From contig JBHLJY010000003.1 of NCBI GenBank assembly GCA_048887225.1, positions 1 through 64,000 of the forward strand: a stretch of DNA of 64,000 nt, given 5' to 3'. Below, in pieces: positions 1-8,571 of this stretch. The stretch's first letter is position 1. Every line of letters starts with the position of its first letter. Both the position numbers and the translations under genes were made by a program. The stretch is from Candidatus Hodarchaeota archaeon. Its GTDB lineage: Archaea; Asgardarchaeota; Lokiarchaeia; Sigyniarchaeales; SOKP01. Under the pieces are notes generated by a model, which worked only from the letters and a program-made list of their open reading frames with translations, was not told the origin of the DNA and ran no database searches.

Positions 1-365
1 GATATCGGAATCACAATAGAATCTTCTGGATTTGTTTCGTTTAAACATCTATTTAGCTCAATCGCTCTTGAACTCGTTATAGGATAAATTTTTTTCTTTG
101 ATAGATGTTTTATTGCTAACAAAGTTTGAATTGACCCACCTGTTCCTAATACAATAACATTTTTTAAATTTTCATTAATAATAGGTTGAGTTTGCTGCTG
201 AATATTTGCTATATCTAAATAAGAGTTTATGTCAGTAAAAAAAGGAGAATCCCATTTATTTTTATTTTCCTTAATGATTGTATTGGAATTTTTAAGAAGA
301 GATTCTTCTATTATCGGATAATATTCAAATCTTAATTTTAAACTCAAATAAATCTCACTACCCAT
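1..365 (-). CDS. Glucose-6-phosphate isomerase-like SIS-domain protein, 5' part only (runs off window start)
   Basis: Not in ORF track. Manual translation from ATG 365 (or TTG 347): MGSEIYLSLKLRFEYYP...NLKNVIVLGTGGSIQTLL...TNPEDSIVIPI. VIVLGTGGS matches the PGI/SIS VxxGxGGS motif. Confidence 0.65.
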   Translation of the reverse strand, partial: MGSEIYLSLKLRFEYYPIIEESLLKNSNTIIKENKNKWDSPFFTDINSYLDIANIQQQTQPIINENLKNVIVLGTGGSIQTLLAIKHLSKKKIYPITSSRAIELNRCLNETNPEDSIVIPI

Positions 366-510
366 AAAAATTATTTACATTTTACTAGGCTATGTTTTAT
401 ATTTATGTTTTTTTATTTTAATAAATATAAATGATATTTGTCTAAATAGAATATAAATTAATTTTAAATTAGATAAAGATTATTTATAAATAACTTAGGA
501 TGGTCTTTCT

Positions 511-873
511 ATGTCTGACGAGCAACTTCTGTTTTTACTGCAAACTCTTCATGATAATATTGAGGGAATTAAATCAAGTGCTGTAATTTCAGCCGAAGGT
601 CTTATTATCCAATCAATCCTAGAAGAAGGTATTAGCGATATCCGATTAGCAGCCATGACAGCGACAATTTTAAGTGTGTCTGAACGAGTTCTCGTTGAGT
701 TGAAGTCGGGTGAGTTAGACGTCGCTATCCTCCAAGGAAAAGATGGAAATTTTGCTATAATGGAGGCTGGTCCAGAACTAATTATTGCAATATGTTTGGA
801 TGTTGATGCTCGATTGGATTTATGTTTCATAGAAATGCGTAAGGTTAGTGAACAAATTAAGTCAATTACTTGA
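511..873 (+). CDS. Roadblock/LC7 domain protein
   Basis: 120 aa; GIKSSAVISAEGLIIQS, LAAMTATILSVSER, ILQGKDG pattern typical of roadblock/MglB fold. Confidence 0.9.
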   Translation: MSDEQLLFLLQTLHDNIEGIKSSAVISAEGLIIQSILEEGISDIRLAAMTATILSVSERVLVELKSGELDVAILQGKDGNFAIMEAGPELIIAICLDVDARLDLCFIEMRKVSEQIKSIT

Positions 874-1064
874 ATAGATTCATTATAGAATAGAGAAGAT
901 ATTCGAATTTTTTTTCGATCAATTAATATTTATTTTAAGAATATAACTAAGAATATTGTTTTCTTAAGAAAAAAAATTTGAAAACTGGAACTCTATTGAC
1001 TTTAAAATAGCTATAACTAATATTAGAAATAGAGATAAAATTTAAACTAAAAGGTTGAATAATT

Positions 1065-2282
1065 TTGGCTAAAGCAATAGAAATTAATAAAGGGAATGAA
1101 TTTAAGGAAGGAGATCCTTATCAGTGTCCAGAATGTAAACGAACTCACATTAAGGGTAAAATCTACAAAGAACATCTTAAATATGTGCAATATAATGGCT
1201 TTGAAGACGACAATATAGAATCTGAAATTGAAGATTATGACGATAATCAAGAATTAGTTAAAATCGATGAGATTGAACAACAATACATAGATGAAGAAAT
1301 CGAGGATGAGCTCTCTGATGAAAACGATGAAGATGAGTGTATAAAAGCTGTTAAGAGTCTTCCAGGAGTTGGAGAAGCCACTCTCAACAAGCTTATAAAA
1401 TCAGGGTTCAATAGTCTTGAAAGCATTGCTTATACTCCTCCTAGCATAATTTGCGACGAATCGGGCTTAGGTGAGAAAACAACTGCGAAACTTATTAAAG
1501 TGTCAATGGAAAGATTAGGTATAGGATTTAAATCGGCAGAAGATGTCTGGGAACGCAGAAAAAGCATTGCTAGGCTTACTACAGGTAGTCAAGAATTAGA
1601 TGACTTATTAGGAGGAGGCGGTACCGAAACCGGGAGCTTGATCGAATTTTTCGGTGAGTTTAGAACAGGGAAAACTCAAATTATGCATCAATTATGCGTG
1701 AACGTTCAATTACCTACTGAACAAGGAGGTCTCGAGGGTAACGCTCTTTATATTGATACAGAAGGAACGTTCAGACCTGAAAGGATAATTCAAATGGCAG
1801 AAGCTTTAGAATTAGATCATACGAAAGTTTTAAAAAATATTGTATTTGGGCGTGCTTATAACTCGGACCATCAAATTCTCTTGGTTAAGGAAGCTGCTAA
1901 TCTCATTAAAGAAAAAAATATTAAATTAATAGTTTTAGATTCTTTAATAGGGCATTTTCGCAGTGAATATATTGGAAGGGGTACACTTGCCTCTAGACAA
2001 CAACTAATAAATCAACATCTTCACGATTTGCTAAGATTATGTGATATTTACCCAGAACTAGCAATTGTTGTTACAAATCAGGTTCAAGCAAAACCAGACG
2101 TTTTTTACGGAAATCCATTACAGGCTACAGGTGGAAATGTCGTTGCTCACGGCAGCACAATTAGAGTCTATTTACGAAAAGGTAAAGGCGAACAAAGAGT
2201 TGCTAAAATAGTCGACGCTCCACACCTTCCCGAGGGTGAGGCTGTATTTGCCATTACGGAAGATGGTATTAAAGATGGATAA
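1065..2282 (+). CDS. radA: DNA repair recombinase RadA with N-terminal Zn-finger/acidic extension
   Basis: HhH (SLPGVG), Walker [22 protein letters not shown], Walker [33 protein letters not shown]. Confidence 0.95.
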   Translation: MAKAIEINKGNEFKEGDPYQCPECKRTHIKGKIYKEHLKYVQYNGFEDDNIESEIEDYDDNQELVKIDEIEQQYIDEEIEDELSDENDEDECIKAVKSLPGVGEATLNKLIKSGFNSLESIAYTPPSIICDESGLGEKTTAKLIKVSMERLGIGFKSAEDVWERRKSIARLTTGSQELDDLLGGGGTETGSLIEFFGEFRTGKTQIMHQLCVNVQLPTEQGGLEGNALYIDTEGTFRPERIIQMAEALELDHTKVLKNIVFGRAYNSDHQILLVKEAANLIKEKNIKLIVLDSLIGHFRSEYIGRGTLASRQQLINQHLHDLLRLCDIYPELAIVVTNQVQAKPDVFYGNPLQATGGNVVAHGSTIRVYLRKGKGEQRVAKIVDAPHLPEGEAVFAITEDGIKDG

Positions 2283-2348
2283 AAGAGACTAAAATATAAT
2301 TTTTAATATTCTATAAAAAAGCAATTAAAATAAGGGAAAAAAAACCAT

Positions 2349-5300
2349 TTAAACTAATTTTTCGAATTCCTTCGATTTTCTCGTCAGTTTTTTAACTTCA
2401 GCATTCATTTCAGTAATACCTAACTTGAAGATCTCTGAAGCTGCTTTAGATGCTTGGTTATATTTCTCAGCAGCAGTAGCATAATCCTTATTTTTCACTG
2501 CTGCTTTGGCGTCGTTTTCCAGTCTCTTTTTAATTTCCTTTAAACTCATAATATGCGTAATTCTGATTGTATCTTCCAATTCTTCAAGCTCTTTTGTCAA
2601 ATCCCAATTTGTGGCAATCAAAGCTGCGTTTCTGTAGAGTTCAATAGCACCTTGGAAATCTCGTTGTTTTAATTTTGATTTTGCTTGTTTTGCTAATTTA
2701 CCGACTTCTTTTTTAGCGTATTTTGCATTATCTATGACTTCAACACCAATCTTGGTTTTAATAGGAGCTGAAACGATTTCTGCTCGTTCTTTAGTACTGG
2801 TTAGGTAAGCCTCTCTCTCTGCTGGGCTCATTAGAGCTAAATCATTTATAAGTTTATTTCTATCTTTCTCAGATAAGCCTAGAGTAGAAACTTGTTGTCC
2901 GATAATAGTTAATTCTTGTTGAGAAATTGTCGGCTTTTCAATGGCAGAGATTTGAATTGGAGTTAATAGTTTTTTCTCTCTTAACTCTCTAATCCCCATA
3001 AAAACTTGAGCCTTATCTTTTCCAGTTCTATCAATCGCTTCAGTTAAGAGAGTTGCAATAAAGAAAAATTTCCTCTCAGAATCAGCTATTAGATCTTGTG
3101 CCACTCTTAATACATCTTTAGAGTGAGAAACTTTCAACGTTTTTACTTCACCCAAATCATATACTATTTCGTGAGGTAAAATTATCGAAGTGTGGAACTT
3201 CACATCAACGAGTTCTCCTGCGTCCATAAATACATCTATCTGTCCCCTCCATTCAGGTAAATGTTGTCCATATTCTATTTCGAAAGCATCTATGAAATCC
3301 TTTAAATGTTGACGGAGAAAAAGGGATGCCTGTTTGTCTAATACAAGCGCAACCCTTACATATTCGCCATCAGCTAATAACAGCATTTTATCTCCATATT
3401 GAATTTCATTTAAAGCCTCTTGAGAGTCCATTTCTCTTCCAAAGGAAGACACAGCAGTTAAAAAGCCACTGATTAATTCTGGATCAATTTCCTCCATGCC
3501 ATACGATTTAAAGAAAAGACATGTTCCCGTTCCTTTATAAATAACTAAAATATGCTCCATATTAACGGCATCGTCAAATATAGTCGTAACTTCGCGTAAA
3601 ATCCTTTCTTTTTCACGCTTTTTTGGAGCTATTACTTTTCGTTGAACCCCAACTACAGCACCGACAGCACCCCCGATAACAGCTAATATTATGATCCAAA
3701 ATATAAGATCTTGGAGTTGAATTCCTGTTATTCCGCCATCACCATCACCATCATCACCCGCACCAGGACCAACAGGACCTGATGGTGTACCATATGTAAA
3801 AGTAATATAGTTGACACTAGTATTATATGGTCCAGGATTCGATGAGTAATACGATATATTTATTCTTAAAGTATATACTTTTTCTGCTAGGTTATTTGAA
3901 GTACTAATATTTAATGTATAATTTCCATCATTGTGATTATAAAGTTTCCAGCCTCCATTCTCAGGGAAATCAAGGTCTACCCTATCCCAAAAATCCCATG
4001 TAGAATCTATCTTATATTCTACAGTAACATTATCAGTATCAAGATCTAATATTGGAGCTCTTGAAAGTTCCTTAGTAAAATTAAAATCAAGCGTTAGATT
4101 TTTCCCAACAGGGACTTGTATATTACCCGTTGGAGTAGTAAAATTAACTACTGTATTCGGCAGGAGAACAGTTATTCTCATGGTAATCTCTTGGGTTTCA
4201 TTTCCATAAGCAGAAACGCTGAATATAAAGTCGGTAATACCCCCATTGATGACTTTACTTGTATTTACTCTAATAGTATAATTGTTATTAATCTCTCTAA
4301 CCATAGAAGCTTCAAGATTATACGGATTTTCAATTTCCGCCCATATCGCTCCATCAACCATATTACCATTTGCATCAGTATAATTGAAAGTGAGTGTTGA
4401 ATTTTCTCCTCTATATACACTTGGCATATTAATAGGAAGAGTATTATCGGGATCAATAGTAGTTCCGATAACTTTATAGAACTGATAATATAGAGTGTGA
4501 TTCTCATAATAAGTCTCATTTGCATCAATTCTTACAGTATTAGGACCGTATGGGCAATATGATGTATTTATTTCTATGAAGTAATATCCATCCGTTCCGT
4601 TGGTTTTTGGAGTTATCTCTTGACTATTATTATATATTGTAGCGTCAGGTATTCCTGAATTAGATTTCCCTGTATCATTGTAATATACTGAAATGTTAAC
4701 TATTTCTTTATCCATGAACTCTTCATCTTGATCAGGGTCAATTAACAATAGTTCTGTAACGCCTACAATGGTTAAATTACCTTCTCCAAATCCAGCTGCA
4801 GTACCATTACTCCATAATGTTTGAATAAGAAATTTACCGTATAGTGTTACGGTCGTAGAGACATCCCATTTCGTGAAATTAAGTTCAGTTCCTCCATTAA
4901 AGGTTGATTTAAATTGAGAGTGATTTAAGGTATTAGGAGCCAAATAATTATAAATTGTTAAGTTAAGATTGCCATCGTTTTGAGCTATATTTTTTGTAAA
5001 TGTGGCATTTATTTGTACCTCGTCTGTATAGTCTACGATACTTTTTTCAGTTCCAACATATGTCTTAATTGAACTAAACAAGTTTGTTGAAGTCGCATTC
5101 AGAAACCAATAGTTTCCATTTGATGCCCCATATACTTGAACATCCTTGTATCCATTTAAGGGTCTTATCACAATATTATCAGTTTTATTTGTATCACCTT
5201 TCCATACTTGAATTTCCCCCCATTGAGAAGGAATTGTGTAATTAATTTGATAATTTTCAAAACCTGCTTCAAAATAATTCAAACCGTTTCGAGTAACATT

Positions 5301-6440
5301 CCAGTATATCTTAGGATCGTTTTTTACAGCTGTAAGTTTAGAGTTAGCTTTTAAATCTGATTTAGTATAATTTACTTGGATTTTAGTAATATTACAAGAG
5401 ACATCCCACCAATCAGCTGAAATTGTAAAATTTAATTTGTTTGGTAGGCTTGATAGATCATTGTTAATAGTAACATTTCCAGTACCTTGTGAATTATCTC
5501 CCACAATAGTATTATTTATTTGTAGATTAATTTGAGTAGGAAGTGGTGTATTATCCAAAGGTTTAAAATCAAATTTAGCTGCTATATCATTAGGATTACT
5601 TTGCCAAAACCCAGACAAATAATACACTTCAGAATTATCTCCATCGGGATCACCAGAATCACTATCTCCATCAATATCACATAAGCATTCCGCTGGATTT
5701 TCTAGATGTATTTGGATAAAAAAATAATTATTATAAGTTGTTGATACATCTAATGATTGTCCGATATTTGTAAAATTATGCCATAAATCAGTATCATTAT
5801 CAATAAAATAATTATTTACTAAGTCAGCTATCCAACTACTTGGTGCAGGCGTGCCTCCACTATTTTGTGCCTCTAGAAGATCAATTGAAATTCTAGCATC
5901 ATTATTTAGAGTTCCATCATGTTCGTGCACATGGAGAGAAAAGTTATCCAAAATACTATCTCCTAGAACTTGAAAAGAGAATGCCCAATCTGATAAATCT
6001 AAATTATAAGGATCAGTATATTCTAATTCTATATCAATATGTTTATCGGGAGCGTTAATATCTTCCACAAAAATCTGAGATCTTGTTGAATTATAAGTTG
6101 ATTCAGTCGGACAAGTAGTGCTAAAAGTAGTATTAGTAGGATCTGAAGCATTATTAATCCCGTATAATGGAGATCCCGTATCTGTTTTCGATTGGTGTAG
6201 CTTAATGCTTATATCATTTCCAGTTTCGCTAACTTTATTAGAATAACTTGCTGATGTCGCAGGGACCTCTCTTTTTACATCGATTAATTGAGTTTCTTTA
6301 GTATTATCATCAGTTTTATATAGTCTACTGGAATTGCTCGAATAAAAAACTAAGTTTGCAGAAATTAATCCAAAAAGTATGAAAAATAAAACCAGTACTT
6401 TTCTTAATTTTTTATTTTTCATATTAGTCATTTTAATCAA
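2349..6440 (-). CDS. Large membrane protein: N-terminal signal/anchor, about 850-aa beta-rich ectodomain, TM helix, cytoplasmic longin-like domain and helical C-terminus
   Basis: Hydrophobic N-terminus; many N-x-S/T sequons; G/D/P linker; TM LIFWIIILAVIGGAVGAVVGV plus basic stop-transfer; then HILVIYKGTGTCLFFKSY...DPELISGFLTAVSSFGREM (longin-like). Confidence 0.75.
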   Translation of the reverse strand: MIKMTNMKNKKLRKVLVLFFILFGLISANLVFYSSNSSRLYKTDDNTKETQLIDVKREVPATSASYSNKVSETGNDISIKLHQSKTDTGSPLYGINNASDPTNTTFSTTCPTESTYNSTRSQIFVEDINAPDKHIDIELEYTDPYNLDLSDWAFSFQVLGDSILDNFSLHVHEHDGTLNNDARISIDLLEAQNSGGTPAPSSWIADLVNNYFIDNDTDLWHNFTNIGQSLDVSTTYNNYFFIQIHLENPAECLCDIDGDSDSGDPDGDNSEVYYLSGFWQSNPNDIAAKFDFKPLDNTPLPTQINLQINNTIVGDNSQGTGNVTINNDLSSLPNKLNFTISADWWDVSCNITKIQVNYTKSDLKANSKLTAVKNDPKIYWNVTRNGLNYFEAGFENYQINYTIPSQWGEIQVWKGDTNKTDNIVIRPLNGYKDVQVYGASNGNYWFLNATSTNLFSSIKTYVGTEKSIVDYTDEVQINATFTKNIAQNDGNLNLTIYNYLAPNTLNHSQFKSTFNGGTELNFTKWDVSTTVTLYGKFLIQTLWSNGTAAGFGEGNLTIVGVTELLLIDPDQDEEFMDKEIVNISVYYNDTGKSNSGIPDATIYNNSQEITPKTNGTDGYYFIEINTSYCPYGPNTVRIDANETYYENHTLYYQFYKVIGTTIDPDNTLPINMPSVYRGENSTLTFNYTDANGNMVDGAIWAEIENPYNLEASMVREINNNYTIRVNTSKVINGGITDFIFSVSAYGNETQEITMRITVLLPNTVVNFTTPTGNIQVPVGKNLTLDFNFTKELSRAPILDLDTDNVTVEYKIDSTWDFWDRVDLDFPENGGWKLYNHNDGNYTLNISTSNNLAEKVYTLRINISYYSSNPGPYNTSVNYITFTYGTPSGPVGPGAGDDGDGDGGITGIQLQDLIFWIIILAVIGGAVGAVVGVQRKVIAPKKREKERILREVTTIFDDAVNMEHILVIYKGTGTCLFFKSYGMEEIDPELISGFLTAVSSFGREMDSQEALNEIQYGDKMLLLADGEYVRVALVLDKQASLFLRQHLKDFIDAFEIEYGQHLPEWRGQIDVFMDAGELVDVKFHTSIILPHEIVYDLGEVKTLKVSHSKDVLRVAQDLIADSERKFFFIATLLTEAIDRTGKDKAQVFMGIRELREKKLLTPIQISAIEKPTISQQELTIIGQQVSTLGLSEKDRNKLINDLALMSPAEREAYLTSTKERAEIVSAPIKTKIGVEVIDNAKYAKKEVGKLAKQAKSKLKQRDFQGAIELYRNAALIATNWDLTKELEELEDTIRITHIMSLKEIKKRLENDAKAAVKNKDYATAAEKYNQASKAASEIFKLGITEMNAEVKKLTRKSKEFEKLV

Positions 6441-6802
6441 ATTCTCAATTCATATATTGTTTACATTATATTCAAAAGAATATGTGCAAAAAATGGTTAT
6501 AATACTTATTTTTTAATTTATCTATTTAAATGTTTAATTTTGCTCTATAATTATTTGTCAAAATTGGGGCTTAAATAAAAATATTTGTTCTTTTTTAACA
6601 AAAATCGTTTATCAACTAAAAATTTAAAAATACAGATAATTATATAAAAATAAAAAACTCATAATAACGGTTAACATCATAACTTAGATTTCGAGAAAAT
6701 TTGGGTTTTTTGAAATAAATATATTACTTGATATTTCTATTAATATAATAATTGAGGTTTATATATAGATCATCTTTAAAAAATTGATTAAAAGGTTTTA
6801 TA

Positions 6803-7714
6803 GTGGAAATCGAATATCCTGTTAAAAATAAGGCAAATATTTGTTTGGATTGTAGTAGTATAATAACATTCCTTCAAGAAAAAGGAGAATTGGTTTGTAA
6901 AAAGTGTGGATTAATAATTAGTGAAAAAAATTTTGATCTTTCCAATAATGATGTTAGATATTTCAATCAAGAAGAAATGGCAAGAAAAGTTAGAACTGGT
7001 CCACCACAAAATAGCTTAAAGGATATTCATAACAGTACTCGTCTTAAAATTAATAATATTTGCAATTTTGACTTAAAAAGAGCTTTTAGACAAAATAATT
7101 GGTTGAAATGGCATCAAAAAAATTTACTAACTGCTGCAAATGAATTAAAAAGAATTACTTCAAGCTTAAGATTACCTGATTATGTTAGAGAGATGTCAAT
7201 GACGCTATATAAAAAATATATTAAAGGTAATGTATTAAGTGGGAGATCTATTAGTGGAATGGTTGCTGCTTGTTTATATTATATCTGTAGAAAAAACAGA
7301 ATTTCAAGATCATTAAAAGAAATTTCAAATAAGACTTTATTAAAGCATGAAAATCAAAAAGAGTTGTATAGCTGTTATAAATCTCTGATTAAAGAATTGA
7401 AATTAAAACCGCCTCCTCCAGATCCAATCTCGTATGTGCCACGGCTAATTACTAAGTTAGGATTAAATCCAAAGGTAGAATCTCCAACGATTAAAGTCAT
7501 AAGAGCATTCACATCTAGAGCTTGCTCAGTAGGCAAAGATCCAAGGGGTATTGCTGCGGGAGCGTTATATTTAGTATGTAAAATGATAGATGAATATGTA
7601 AGTCAAAAAGAAATTGCTAAAGTATGCAAAATTTCAAATATCACTATTTGTAAACGTTATAAAGAAATTGTAGATAACCTTTTTCAAAGGAATAGAAAAA
7701 TTAATGGAAATTAA
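6803..7714 (+). CDS. tfb: Transcription initiation factor IIB (TFB) paralogue
   Basis: Zn ribbon CLDC...GELVCKKCGLI; two cyclin repeats (GRSISGMVAACLY, GKDPRGIAAGALY); C-terminal HTH SQKEIAKVC...TICKRYKEI. Confidence 0.9.
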   Translation: MEIEYPVKNKANICLDCSSIITFLQEKGELVCKKCGLIISEKNFDLSNNDVRYFNQEEMARKVRTGPPQNSLKDIHNSTRLKINNICNFDLKRAFRQNNWLKWHQKNLLTAANELKRITSSLRLPDYVREMSMTLYKKYIKGNVLSGRSISGMVAACLYYICRKNRISRSLKEISNKTLLKHENQKELYSCYKSLIKELKLKPPPPDPISYVPRLITKLGLNPKVESPTIKVIRAFTSRACSVGKDPRGIAAGALYLVCKMIDEYVSQKEIAKVCKISNITICKRYKEIVDNLFQRNRKINGN

Positions 7715-8409
7715 TTTTTTCCTTCTTTCTTTTTAAGAATAATTCTTGCATCAACGCAAATTAATCCTTTATCATAAATAAACACAGGATTTAAATCCAT
7801 TTCATGGATTTCTTCATGCTTAATAACAAGATCAGAAATTTTTAATAAAGTATCAACTATAGCATTAATATCTGCTTTAGGTTTACCTCGATATCCATCT
7901 AGAATTGGAAATCCCTTAATTTCATGTATCATTTCTTTAGCATCATATTCTGTTATAGGAGCAATTCTAAAACTTACATCTTCTAGAAGTTCGACTAGAA
8001 TACCGCCAATACCAAACATTAAAGCAGGACCAAACTGTGCGTCTGTTGTCATACCTATTATTAGTTCCGTTATAGGCTCCTCCGCCATTTTCTGAACGGA
8101 AATCTTTTTTTCAGTTTTAGAAGGAATTTTCATTAATTCATCAAAAGCTTGCCCCACTTCATCATTACTTCTTAAGTTTAGCTTTACCGCTCCAGTATCA
8201 GATTTATGGACGATATCTTCTGCCATAAGTTTTAGAACAACAGGAAACCCTATATTTTCAGCTACGGATATAGTTTCTTTTTTAGTCAAAGTTAATCTCT
8301 GTTCTGGTACTTGAATCCCAATCTCTTTTAGTAATTCTTTTGATTCAAATTCGGTGAGAACCAGCTGGTTAGAATTTAATTTATTAGTCAAAAGTTGAGC
8401 AACATTCAT
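7711..8409 (-). CDS. Acetate/acyl-CoA ligase (ADP-forming) beta subunit, ATP-grasp
   Basis: LTEFESKELL, IGFPVVLK, IVHKSDTGAVKLNL, FGPALMFGIGG, MDLNPV, DARI. Confidence 0.92.
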   Translation of the reverse strand: MNVAQLLTNKLNSNQLVLTEFESKELLKEIGIQVPEQRLTLTKKETISVAENIGFPVVLKLMAEDIVHKSDTGAVKLNLRSNDEVGQAFDELMKIPSKTEKKISVQKMAEEPITELIIGMTTDAQFGPALMFGIGGILVELLEDVSFRIAPITEYDAKEMIHEIKGFPILDGYRGKPKADINAIVDTLLKISDLVIKHEEIHEMDLNPVFIYDKGLICVDARIILKKKEGKN

Positions 8410-8571
8410 CTTTTAATTAGAATAAATACTGTAATTAGTTGTAATAAAACTAATAATATAAAAAATTTAAAATTATTGAAAAAAAAATTAGAAAAGGAAA
8501 TCCACTAATAGAAAAAACTCTAAAATTATAGAAGAAAAATAATTAAATTTAGTACGAATTAATTAAAAAAA

